From Enoplolaimus lenunculus (taxonomy: Eukaryota): 64,000 bases of DNA. The DNA lies in assembly GCA_030248215.1 (NCBI GenBank), contig JASANG010003338.1, forward strand, positions 1 to 64,000, in the 5' to 3' direction. The notes beneath the pieces are model-generated. The model ran no database searches and was not told the DNA's origin. It saw nothing but the letters and a program-made list of their open reading frames with translations. Positions 50,505 to 62,458 of the stretch are shown here, piece by piece. The stretch's first letter is position 1, and every line of letters begins with the position of its first letter. The position numbers and the translations under genes were made by a program.

Positions 50505-51586
50505 ATGGGTAACAAAACATCACATCTAGTAAAACCAGCGTCAGCGGAGACGTCTCGTCGACGTAAGCCAATGTTAAACAGGTCGAAACAGCGTAACAAA
50601 CAAACAAAATCGTAAGTTTTAGAGTGTTTATTGTCCAACATGGTAAAGCTAACGTTCTTAAAGATAACATTATTTGTGTTATGCCGAAAACACCTACAGA
50701 CACTGTTCGAATGTTCAAATTGTGAAGTGGTGCAGGTTCTGTTGATTTTTTAGATCTGCATTGCGGTTCAAGTTTGCCAACCATAATTCACAATTTTCGT
50801 TGTTTGTTTTGTGTTTATAATCTAAAAGGTTAATGAAGAGCCGACTCCCGTTCAGCATATTGATAAAAATTGACGAAAATCTCAAAAACGATGCATATGA
50901 AACTTAATGCGAACCGATAGCAATGTCACAACTAAAATAACACCTTAGTACTCATTTCAAGTTGCCATCGCAATATATCATCGCAACATTCCAGAACAAA
51001 ACAATTTCACCGTCCAGTTTCGTTCTGTAAATCGTCGCGTAGCAAAATTCAACACCCAATTGAACGACGTGCCGAATGTTACAAACAACTTTCAACGAAT
51101 CATGGCGCATCAGCAACAGAAACAGATCGAACTCAATCAATAACAGCACCAATTCAACAGAGTTTCAAAAGCAAAACGTCTAAAATCGGCTTGGGTATCG
51201 GTCGTATGGCACTCTGGTCGAATACAAGTTTCAAAAAACGACGCCAAACGAGTAGTTTTTCAATAAGTTTAAGCGAAAACCCTACATCACAAATAGCAGG
51301 ACACCGAATGAATAGTTTTTCAAACGTTTCAAACCAAAATGGTAAAGTAAATCGTGCTGGTTTTCGAAAAAATTTTAGTCGCCAACAAACATGTCTACTA
51401 AACTCAAAAGAGGTTTCTGAGCCTCGAATGCGTACGGGAGATTTGCACATTCACGGTTGTGGGAACAGGGGTGGAAATGAAAACTCTGACGGAGTAGATC
51501 CTGCTCGTACTGTGGCACGGTTTATTCTCAACATGTTATGCGTACTGTTTATTGCGCTCGTAGTGAAACTGTGTTTTCGGTTATGA
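50505..51586 (+). CDS. Candidate two-exon orphan gene (50505-50611, 50962-51586), 243 aa, basic and Ser-rich, MGNKTS N-terminus, C-terminal hydrophobic segment
   Basis: Exon 1 MGNKTSHLVKPASAETSRRRKPMLNRSKQRNKQTK ends at a GTAAGT donor in phase 2. The frame of ORF 51191..51586 is open back to 50936, with a phase-2 TTTCAAG acceptor. It ends ARFILNMLCVLFIALVVKLCFRL*. No family recognised. Confidence 0.45.
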
Positions 51587-52453
51587 TTGAAAATTCATAT
51601 ATATTAAAATTTTCAGGACTAAAAACTTTTTTTAACGCGGACTCTCGGGTGCGCGACGTTTTGCATGATCGCTTGATTGTCTTGAAGTAAAAATGACACT
51701 AGAATTTCGTTCCTTAATATTTATAGAAGTCGACCCTAAACAGTGGCTGTTTAAAATTTAACTTTTACTTAACCACGTTAAGGATTGCCGTTTTTCTGTC
51801 TCGGACTTTATTCGTATCCAAGATAGCAGACAGTTAGACATTGGAGCATATTTCAGGAATTAACTAATTTTAAAGGCCTGCACCGTACACCTGACTGATG
51901 GTGTTCTAGTTACCGTTGATATACAAGTGTATGTATAGGTATCAAACTGATCAATCATTGTTATTACGAGCTGTCAAATAAACAAATCAATAAGATTGTT
52001 TGACCTTTTTAAGAAAACGTCTCGTGCTCGCCTGAAAATGTCATTTCACTATGTTTTTATGTTGACAACTATGGCCAAAGTTTCAAAGACTATCTTACAG
52101 AAATAGCGATGTTGTCAGGAAATGAATCTGAAATCAAATTCAATTTCTTTCTCGTTAATTTATCGTTAAATAACTCGTTTAACCAAAGTTTTAGCAAACA
52201 ATTTCAGTTTAAGTATGTTGTACTTTTTGTAATGCTTGAATTATAAACGTCAACGCCGGGTAAAAATATGTAGACCCTTTTTGTACCCAAATTACAATAG
52301 GTTAGCATTACGATATCTGCAGAACCACGGATTATCTGCTACGAAACCTGTTGATTGAAAATACTGAGGTTGGTTAGAAGCTACATATTAGTTGCATGTA
52401 CACTTTGATTCTGCTGTTTTCAAAATATTGAGTTTTTCACTTGTTTAGCATTA

Positions 52454-52673
52454 CACAGTAAAAAATGGGGAGTCAAATTGACTCTCTTGGAAATAGGCTT
52501 TTCCTGACTACACAAACTGAGTGAAATTCGACTCCGCCAGAGTCAAATTTGACTCACTGAGCGATTCAGTGAATCGATTTTGACTCTGGCGGAGTCGAGT
52601 TTTGACTCAGTTTGTGTAGTCAGGAAAAGCCTGTTTCCCAGAGAGTCAATTTGACTCCCTATTTCTTGCAGTG
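52454..52673. mobile_element. Palindromic MITE family B (CMC/EnSpm-like), complete with TA flanks
   Basis: TA|CACAGTAAAAAATGGGGAGTCAAATTGACTCTC ... GAGAGTCAATTTGACTCCCTATTTCTTGCAGTG|TA; nearly the whole 220 bp folds as one hairpin. Confidence 0.85.
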
Positions 52674-55600
52674 TACGCTTATGATCAGGTTTAGGCTCAG
52701 GGTTAAGGTTGGTTACGTTAAGGTTCCTATTTAGGTGTACACTTAAAATTTAGGTCAAAGTAAATCAAGAACCTCTTGTAGTAATTTATAGTCCAATGAA
52801 CCACATGAAATTTTTTTGATAAAAAGACGTAAAAATTATAAACTGTCCGACAATATGGTTCGAACCCTGTGGCGAATATTGGAGGTTGGATTTTATGCCT
52901 GAACCCTATCAGTTGTCTAAAAAGTTGCTAGTCTTTAGTCGTTTTTTTGTCTGTGCCAGACCATTTATTTTCGGTAACTGGCATTGTAAAAGTTGCAAAT
53001 CGTGAGGCCGGACGTACTTCATTATCAAGGTCATCAGAATGAACTTTGTTACAATCGAATTTCCTTTTTTGATCGTGGCTGTTTTATCGAGTCTGTTAAT
53101 GTTTAATCAGGTGCCACGCATGGTTTTACTCAATATAAAACTCACCGAAATAAAATAAGAGCTAACTTCGTTGTACTGTCTTGCTGAAAGCAGGAAAAAA
53201 CTGTGAAACTAGCAAAATCTGTTAAGCTGGTTAAGCTCTGAACAAAAAGTTAAAACAGGTTAGTTACGCAAGCATTGGCCAGCAGTTCCGCTCAATGAAG
53301 ATTTGTTTTGTACCTAATTGTTTGTACTTATATTATCGCTTGTGATTTTGAGGCTTGCTCTAGCTGCTGTTCGGCAGGTGCCTAACTTACATGATTTCAT
53401 TCTTAGAGAACGTAACCTTTATTTTTTACAGAAATTTTAAGGAGTAACATATATACATCGTGCCTCTCCTTGCATACGCCCCTGTTATGTGGGGAAAATG
53501 TCTTCCTGTGCGTTTCAAAATGTTTTAATCAGCATAGCACTCGTTTGAGGTTTGGCAATACAGACAAACATTTAAATTCAACTTTTAGTTTCAACGACCT
53601 TTTCGTTTAGTTGTGGAAGGCGCGTGAGTTGGATTCAGTCAGAGAATACCTCATGTTTAAGTTTTGTTCGATCGCGAGCGAAAGAAATTTGGCACCGTTT
53701 AGAATCCACTAAACTTTTCTAAAGCCGTTAATGTGCTATTGTGTCATTTTTCTGGATTTCCTGATATTTCGGAAAACAAAAAAGTTCCCCTAACCTCGTT
53801 TGCTTGCCTGTCCAGTTTAATTAATGATATGACTATGCGGCAAATACTGTTAATTTTCAGTACAGACCAAACCGGCTCATTGACACTGAACCTCGAAATA
53901 TTTCCTTCTTACAACACAATTTGTTTAGTTGCTCTTGCGGTCTCTGCCAAATTTTAGTAAGCAATTTCTAAGGATGAAGTAATTTATTTGCGACGAATAC
54001 AACCCGTCTCACCTCAGAACTGAAAGGTTTATATTCCAAGCAGACGTAATTATAAAGCGAACCTGATGACTAAGTTAATATTTCACCTGCCGAGCAGAGT
54101 AGTAAACCTGTTCAAATTTATGACCTGTGATAGCTTATTAACTGTAAGTATTTGCATATTGTAAAACATTGCTATCATCGTTGCTGACGTATTGTTTACA
54201 TGGCAATATTAATATCGGGTTTTACAATTTTGGGTATTTTTATACATACATTTTCCAAACCGGATAACGCTAAAATCAAAGATTAGATTGAAGAATAGGC
54301 AGGCTTTGTTGTCATTCGAAGCCTTTAAGCCAAATTCCGAAAACAGTGTCAGGAAGCGTACAAAAGCACAGTTTTGCATACCAGCAACAGTATTGGGTCA
54401 ATGGAATAATTTCTATGTCCAAAGTCGAGCACAGATTCAAACAAAGACGCAGTTCTAGTAATATCTCACTGATTTATTGGTCGCGTGAGACTAAAGTCAA
54501 GTGGTATTCGTTAAAATGAGATTTTAGCAAATTTAGACAAAATAGCGTTTTCTTTAGGTTACATAGGTTTAGAACACTCTGTGGTTTACTTAAGTTCACT
54601 GTAGCAGTCGTCATATTATTTTGTTAAGTTTAAGATGTTTTAGGTTGCAATAAAAATGTATTTTGGGCAAAAAAGTACTTAAAAGTTTTGAGCAACTGGT
54701 TTCAGTCGCTAATGATTATGGGACAAGATTTAAAAAGTTAGTCACCAATTTGTAATTGTAAATTTTTCAGTAGCCGTCTTAAAAAGTCATATATCCTTTA
54801 TAGGTTTACTGGCAATTGTATGTACGCAAAACATATTACTGGGACTGGTTTAAGTTATAGAACTTAAACTAACGATTTGGTGTCTCTTTTGTTGTGGACT
54901 ATTTATTTTACCAATATACAGCAAAAAAGAAAATTAAAATGAATTTTTGGAGTCATGCATTTTTCACGTTCCGGTTTCGATAATTTTTTCAAATTCCGGT
55001 TCCGGTAAATTGTAATCCCGGTTCCACCCTGATTCTAGATTATAAGTTTTTCTCGCAGTTTTGTCCTGTGAAATTATTTAGACATAACGATGGATACATT
55101 AAGCACTAATAGTGAACAAGAGAATTCTCTCACAATGTCCTATTATAAATACTAATTTCTACAACATCTAAACCGATGGTTCGAAATAAATGGTCCATGT
55201 AACATGAGCAAAGTTACCTATGAAATGCTGCCCACCGAGCCTAAGCCTGAGCCTAAACCTGAGCCTAAGCCTAAATCTAAAACGATGCTTATGGTTTAGG
55301 TCTAATCGCGAATCAGGCTCGTGTGCGTATGCAAAGGTATAAGTGGGTTAAGTTTTCTTTACTAACCCTGCGCGAAACCGACAGATGTGTCTCATGTTTA
55401 CCCGCGGGTCCACTCGGGCAAAATTGCTTTAACCGCAACTCCGGACCCACGTTTTACACATCCTTATTTTTGCAGTCAGTGAATATTTGTTAATTTTTTA
55501 GGGGCATTGATATTAATAATTTATAACAGTTTGACTTTGCTATACGCCACAATAATCTTGGCTCGTGTATAGAACGAACAGGTCCCTACCAATGTCCCGG

Positions 55601-56574
55601 GTAATATCTCAATTTCCCTAAATTGCAATCTCCCGGGTAACATATTCCAAGTTTCCAAAATAGCGATATCACGGGTAATATCTGAATTTTCCATGTGAAA
55701 GCCAAATATCAGAGGAAATCAAAATCGGTTTGGGCTGACTCTTAAGATCAGAGTCCGGATCAAACTTTACTTTCAGTCTTAAGCTTAGGCTGTTCAACAG
55801 TTTAGGTTTAGACTCTGGTTTAGGCTTAATCTTGAGCCTAACTTATACGCTAAAGTATAGGTGTAGGCTTAGGTTCGCGCATAGGCTTGACGTGTCCGTA
55901 TGCAGACGGACGCAGGCGTGCTCAGCCCTTCTGTAGCCACATTGGCGCATTATATTCCCACACACTTGAGGAACTTGATCGCTCGTTAATTGCATTTAAT
56001 TGCGTTTTCGGGGGGCTGTCGATCCTCAAGCATGCACATAAAGTTATGCATTGTTTGAGCAAAATTTTTGACAGTGTCTTTTCAGCATAATTGTCAGTAC
56101 CCCTTAGTGCGTTTAGCTTGGGGGGCGGCAACCCCCATTCTGCATAGGGTCCCTTAAAATTGCAGAGGGTTCAGGTGGCGGCAGCCCCCAAATAGAACAT
56201 AATTTATAAAGTTGCGATGTGGAGGATGGCAGGTGTTATCTCGGTAAGTTGTCTTTTATTATGTTCTCAAAAAAGGGGTTGCGCCCCCCAAACCCACACT
56301 AGGCAATTTGCGTATACGTTGAAATTCAATTAGACTTATATTGTTGTCCATCAGATACATTTTCAAACAGCTAAGCTCTAAAAATGATATCACAAAGAGT
56401 GCATTCCGACGAGGAGCGTTGTCAGGATTTAGTTTCCGGAGCATAGCCTAATTTGTTAACGGAAACATCAATATATTATTCAAAACATGTGAGCAACGTA
56501 AAATAAAACTACGGTTAACGTGTGATAAAATTAGTACAAACCGCCAAATTTACCTCGACCGCAAAGTGTTGGGT

Positions 56575-57535
56575 TCCAAAATGTTAGTTTCCCAAAGTCA
56601 TATTTTTGCGGATAATACCCGAATTTCCAGGGTAATATTCCAATTTTCCAATATCCAGAAAGAAAATGGTTGCACCCAAAATCGTAGTTTAGGATGAAAC
56701 ACCCATTTCATGCGTAATATCCGAATTTCCCACAATACCAATTTTCAGGTAACATATATCCCATTTTCCTAAAATCTCGAGCGAAAAAGGTTGCACCCAA
56801 AGTAGCAATTTATATTTCCATTTCTCAAAATCTCGAGCGGAAAAAGTTGCACCGAAAATTGCAATTTCCCGGCAGGATCCCAATTTCTCAACATTCCATT
56901 TTTTCGCGTATCCCAATTTCCCAAAATTCTGATAGAAAAAGGTTAATTTCATGGCAGAATTCGAATTTCCCAAAATCCCAGTTTAATAAAATCCTGAGCG
57001 AAACAGGTTACGCCGAAAATCGCAATTTCCCGGCAGAATCCCAATTTCACAAAATCAGAATTTCTGAAAACTTTGAGCGAAAAAGGTTGCGCCGAAAATC
57101 ACATTTTCCCGTTAGAATCTGAATTTTTGAAGATCGAGAATTACCGATAACATCCGAATTTTTCGAAATCCTAATTTCCTAAAATCCCGCGCAAAACTTG
57201 GTTGCGCCGAAAATTGCAATATCTTGTTAGAATCCCAATTTCCTAAAATCGCCAGTTTCCAAAATCCCGAGCGACGAACAGTGTTGCTCCGAAAATCACA
57301 ATTACCCGGCAGAATCCAAATTTTCGAAAATTCGATTTCCTTGGTAATATCCCAATTTCCCATTGTTCTATTTTCCCAAAATCCCGAGCGAAAAACGTTG
57401 AGCCAAAAATTGCAATTCCCTGGCAGAATCACAGTTTCACAAAATTCCAATTTCCCGGGTAGTATTCGAATTTCCCAAAATCCTAATTTCCGGGATAATA
57501 TCCAATTCTCAAAATCCCAATTTCCCGGGTATCAT
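56575..57535. repeat. Degenerate satellite-like array of AATCCCAATTTCCC / GAGCGAAAAAGGTTGCGCCGAAAA subunits
   Basis: Recurrent CCCAATTTCC, CAAAATCCCGAGCGAAAAA and AATTTCCCGGCAGAATC; a related patch lies at about 55590-55700. Confidence 0.8.
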
Positions 57536-58254
57536 AATTTTTATTAGTAAATAAATGGAATGGTGCAACCGGAGGAATATACCATTGCCGATTGTCAGCA
57601 AGTTTTGCCGAAGCCGTTGCCGCATGAAAATATGACCCTAGAAAAGGACCTCCGGAGACACGTTTTATGCCGATACCGATACTAATTTTATCACAATCAT
57701 ACTTAAAGAAAGATAATATTACTAAGTTACATAGTAATAAACGCATACTTAAAACCTAATAAACATAAACAACTATGGGAATTGATATTTAATTTCGCTC
57801 AATTTCATAGTATGCACATTAGGCATCTTCAAGTGTATTGAATGACATCTCGATGACGTTATCTACAAAAGGCGTATATAGCATATTTATTTAGTAAACA
57901 GCAGTTAGTCATTACTACTACAACCTTTGGCAGGATAGGTAAAGAATCTGAAATTTCACCCACGCTTTAAACTTCTTTACCCACGGGTATACCCGCGTCA
58001 GAGATTTCTTACTCGGGCCAGCGTTTACCCGCAGGAACTTGTGGTTATCTTCAGTTTGAAAATCTTCAGCAAGTTGACTTGAAATTAAATGTTGGCATAT
58101 ATATGGGCTTCGTTGATTATGTTACGCTGATTGTAATTAATGCATGGATTGTGTTTACACGTTTTAAATCGCTATGCACCAATTAGAATGTTAAATAGTA
58201 GTTGGTTTTTGCTCCCTAATATTTAGTCGCTTTTTCTTTCTTTCCCATCTTCAT

Positions 58255-58533
58255 TGAGCCAGGACCAAATATTTTGAGTTCGAAACTTTAAAGCGTACTT
58301 AAATTTTGAAAGTACATTCCGAAGTATAACCATGCATTATCACTCACGCTGTTTTCACAAGACAAATAAACGTTTAATTCAAAGGATAGTTGCAGTATCG
58401 GATATATATCAATAACGAAGGGTAGCGGAGCGTGGGTTAAAAATAAATAACAGTTCGTAACCGAATAACAGAGAATGCCCTCTACAGAGGCCAAATAAAT
58501 ATCAGTCCCACCCTCTTATTCGGGTCACTACAG
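58255..58533 (-). mobile_element. Truncated MITE family A
   Basis: Ends GGCCAAATAAATATCAGTCCCACCCTCTTATTCGGGTCACTACAG; internal GAGTTCGAAACTTTAAAGCGTACTTA matches 12285-12310. Confidence 0.7.
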
Positions 58534-59241
58534 TGTATATTAAGTGCTGATACTTCATAGTAACTAAAGTGGCAGTGTTTTTTTGTTTCATAAACATTTG
58601 TCGTTGATGTTGAAATGTGTCTGAATTCAGCAGACCCGTTAGTATGCGTTTCGCCAGAATACACGGATCATTGGCGTACAGCCCATCACTTTGCTGATGA
58701 ACGAAAACGGGTTCACAGTGGCGTTTACAGTTTGCTATCCAAGTGTCACAAGCGTATGGTTTAAGCATACAACACAAACGACACTCCATCATGAGAAGCA
58801 CTTTTTCCTGTCAGCCTTGATGTGGCTTTGCATTTTGTTTTATCTGATTACTTTCCCGGTTGCAGTGATGTATACAAAGCGAGAGATAGAGGGGATATAT
58901 TCATTACTGAAATTTTTGAAGATATGAAAAAACGCTTTGAACAGGTTTTAGAATAACCTCTTGGATTTTAGTCGTCAAAACGTTATTACATGAGGTTATA
59001 ACCTTTCAAACGGAAATTTTCGCCACGCCCTAGCTGGGTTGTTGTTGTTGTTGTTGCTGGTGCTGCCCTAGAGTCCGGGGTGTATGACCTTATGAACTAC
59101 TCTATATGGATAGAAACAACAATCACACCAAACGACAAATGAGAGAGACGGAATACAGCGACAAAAAAAGTTACCCGGGTTCCGCGAGAGAAGCAATTTA
59201 TCTGTCTACAAAACAATTTCAAATGACACACCACAGCAAGT

Positions 59242-59245
<4 letters not shown>

Positions 59246-59286
<41 letters not shown>
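59246..59286. repeat. (GTT)n microsatellite, about 13 units
   Basis: Direct reading; a shorter (GTT)n tract lies at 59038-59056. Confidence 0.95.
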
Positions 59287-61994
59287 CATAGCGAATATTG
59301 TTTGAACAATTGAAAAAAACAGCTTTATTTCTATTTTCACTACTAAGCTTAGCGTATTCTAGATAGGTGCATCCGGTAGTACTATTTAATTTAACAATTT
59401 TGTAACGATTACATTTTTAATATTCGACACCTCATTAGGCGTCGAATTAAACGGCAGAACAGCCGGTAGAAATGAATATTTCGTACAATTTCATGTTAAT
59501 CATTAGAAAAAAGTATGGCGTTTAATAGATAAACGTGTTAAAGTTTAATCGAAACTCATCATACTACTGTTAGCATGCGAACGACAATCAATGTACTTTC
59601 TACTATTTTGCACAGTGAGACAAAGTTCAGAAACAGCCTGGAAATAACTAATTGCTATTCGGTACAACGGTAAGCAGAGCGGGAGAATATTTTGTTGTCC
59701 ATGTTTGTTTTGCATCTTGCAATTATGAGGACTTGACTTAGAAAATAGCACATTTCTACGCGCAATACGCTTTTCAGAGCAAACGAAGAGTGTTTCGTCA
59801 AGCGGTAAACTGAAGTTTTTATTGCTCTAAACTTTTCTCATTGTCCGGTTGGATATGTGATGCCCACACCGTTCTTCTGTTTTCCGATTATTGGTTTTGG
59901 GTGCGTGTGACACCGTGTGTAGTCGTCATGAAATGACAGTTTTAAAATTGTTGCGACTAGCTATGTAGTTTTGCAATGCAAACGGATCGAAACAACAGCG
60001 TTGACGCGTGAAGAGAGCGTACAGAAGCATCGTAGGTTTAGGAGATGATAATTTATTGTTTTTGACACAAATGACCCAGAATACATGACTTGACGTTTAG
60101 TGTCCAATTTGTCAAATGACATATGATTGTGTGTGATATCGGATAAACGAGTGGTAGTAGAATTGAACTTCTTGTACAGTTTAATGAAACTGCGATAGTT
60201 TCAGCGTATGTGTACCATTGCTAGCACTGAATAAGAAACTTTTTCAAGTATCATTAAGTATATTCGGGTGGTAGTCAACAAGTCAAAAAAGTTTGGTTCG
60301 CAAAATGTTACGCGCTGCAATGCTAAAATTGACGCGCATTACTGTACGGTGCCGGACAGCATATGACCACACCGGACAGTATTAAATAGTCATGAAATAT
60401 ATCGCTGTCCTTAGAATTGAAAATTTTGGAAGCTTTAGAACTGTCGGTTTCCATTATACAATAGAATGGTGATGTATAAAATTGAAATAACAAAATCATT
60501 ACTTGTTTTCAAAATGTAATGAGATCGTTTGAACACTCAATGTAATTACAGTTATTTGATAGCAAAATATGAGGCACACTTGATTCATTCGCATATTTTT
60601 TCATTGATCAATTCATATATAAGTCAAAGATTCAAAAATGAATTAAAGGTTGCTAGCAAGCAACGGTGTATGTATATTTACCTCATTTATAAATTAAAAA
60701 TATACCTTGATTTTTATGGCCTTACTAATAGATGTAAGTTCTTTGTTTGTGATCAAGTGTTTCCGGGCGTTTGTTATCTTCTCCAAGACTTAAGGCTAAG
60801 GTTTAGGTTAGCTCTCACCTACGAATTAGGTTTAGTCATAGGTAAGCTGTACGACCTGCTAAACCTTTGTTTCAATTTTAGCCAAAGACGTCATTCACAG
60901 CGTTATCTATTTTCACGTTGATTTATAAACTTTTTCAATTATTTTTCTTGCGCTTGACGCAATTAAAAAATATACATATCACTTTTATTTCAATGACATT
61001 ACCGAATGCTATGCTCCTCCTAGCCTGTACCTATCGCAAAATGTTCGCGGTCAGTTCAAAGAAGGTTAGGACGGTTCCTAGCGCGGATGCCACGGATTTC
61101 AAGATATATACACATATTGCCATTACCATAATGGGCATGGTGTATGTGTTTTGTCAAATATTTAATTTTATCTGCCGTCGTGTCGGGTTTTGATGTCGTG
61201 GCTCAAGCGTTTTTACGATTATAAATTAAAGGATCGATAATTATAATGTCTAAAATAGATGATTGGTAGTTTTCATAGGGTGCCAATGTCATCAAATCTG
61301 TATATAATTTTAACGGGAAACAAAAAGACCGTTTCAGTTTGAATTTGCAGGAATTAAATTGCCGGTTTAGTTGTTATTTTTTTCTCAACGTGTTTTATGC
61401 AAGGCCAAATATATTTTCGGAGGATAAATGCAGGACTTTTGAACAATATAGGCGGCATGTTGAAACCTTTTCAAGGAAACTAACATTTTACTTTTGATTT
61501 GAGGTGATCTGAGCCTTTTTCGCTGTAGCCTGCCCACAATTGAACATACTGTTATAAACATCATTACATATTTCGTCGTTGATGGAGCACAAGAACAGCG
61601 GCCATTCGTTATCTTACAACTAATACATTGTAAATATTTTGTAGAATTTTGAAGTAATACAATTGTTTGTTGAACGTCTTAATACGAATTACCAAACCCC
61701 CAAAATCGCTGTATATGGCTGAAAAACGAATACCAGCATGCCTCAAAACACGTTCACTGTAGTGTCCCAAATAAGAGGTGTGACTGATATTTCTTTAACC
61801 TCTCCAGAGGGTACCGCCTGTTATTCGGTGCGGATTGTTATTTATTTTTAACCCACGCTCCGCCACCTTTCGTTACTGTTATATCAGGTAGGTACTGCAA
61901 TTATCCATTGAATTAAATGTATTGTTTGTCTTGTATGAAAAATAATTCAAGGTTGTAACTAGGGATGTACTTTCAAAACTTAAGTATATATACT

Positions 61995-62458
61995 GTAAGC
62001 ATGTGAGACATGCTTGTCCGTTTATGTGCACATGCGATATAGTGCTGTGCACTGTATGTATGCTAGCTGGCAGCATACGGTCGACAAATATAGTCGACGA
62101 AAAATGCAGTTGGACAGGCGGGCTACGTGGCGCAGCAATGGTAAACTGCCGCGCTATGAACACGGTATTCAGTCGAAAATAGGATGGACGGTTAAGGGAC
62201 GACCTTGTTGAAAATAAGGGCATGTAAGCATGTGAGACATGCTTGTCCTGGTGCATATGCAATAAATGCAATGCACATTGTGGTGTACGGTCGACACATA
62301 TAGTCGATGAAAAATGCAGTTGGTGAGGCGGGCTACGTGGCGCAGTGGTAGAGTGCTCGCTTAAGGATCCATAGGCTAAGAGTTCGATCCCCGCTCTAGC
62401 TCGCTTTTCCAGCTGCTTAGTTGAAAGGTCTGATGTCCCGGTTCCTACCTTGACTGAC
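61995..62458 (+). mobile_element. Nested 464-bp insertion with 7-bp TSD, dimeric, carrying tRNA-like sequences
   Basis: Flanked by ATATACT (61988-61994 and 62459-62465). Two units start GTAAGCATGTGAGACATGCTTGTCC (61995, 62224). Confidence 0.75.
62330..62402 (+). pseudogene. tRNA-like sequence (73 nt), degenerate
   Basis: GGGCTA...TAGCTC acceptor-like pairing, A box TGGCGCAGTGG, D-stem GCGC/GTGC, B box GAGTTCGATCC. The anticodon arm does not pair. Confidence 0.55.

Noticed and set aside
56689..57547. Several 87-112 aa ORFs on both strands
   Set aside because: They translate the degenerate satellite (repetitive SQFP/GNW motifs).
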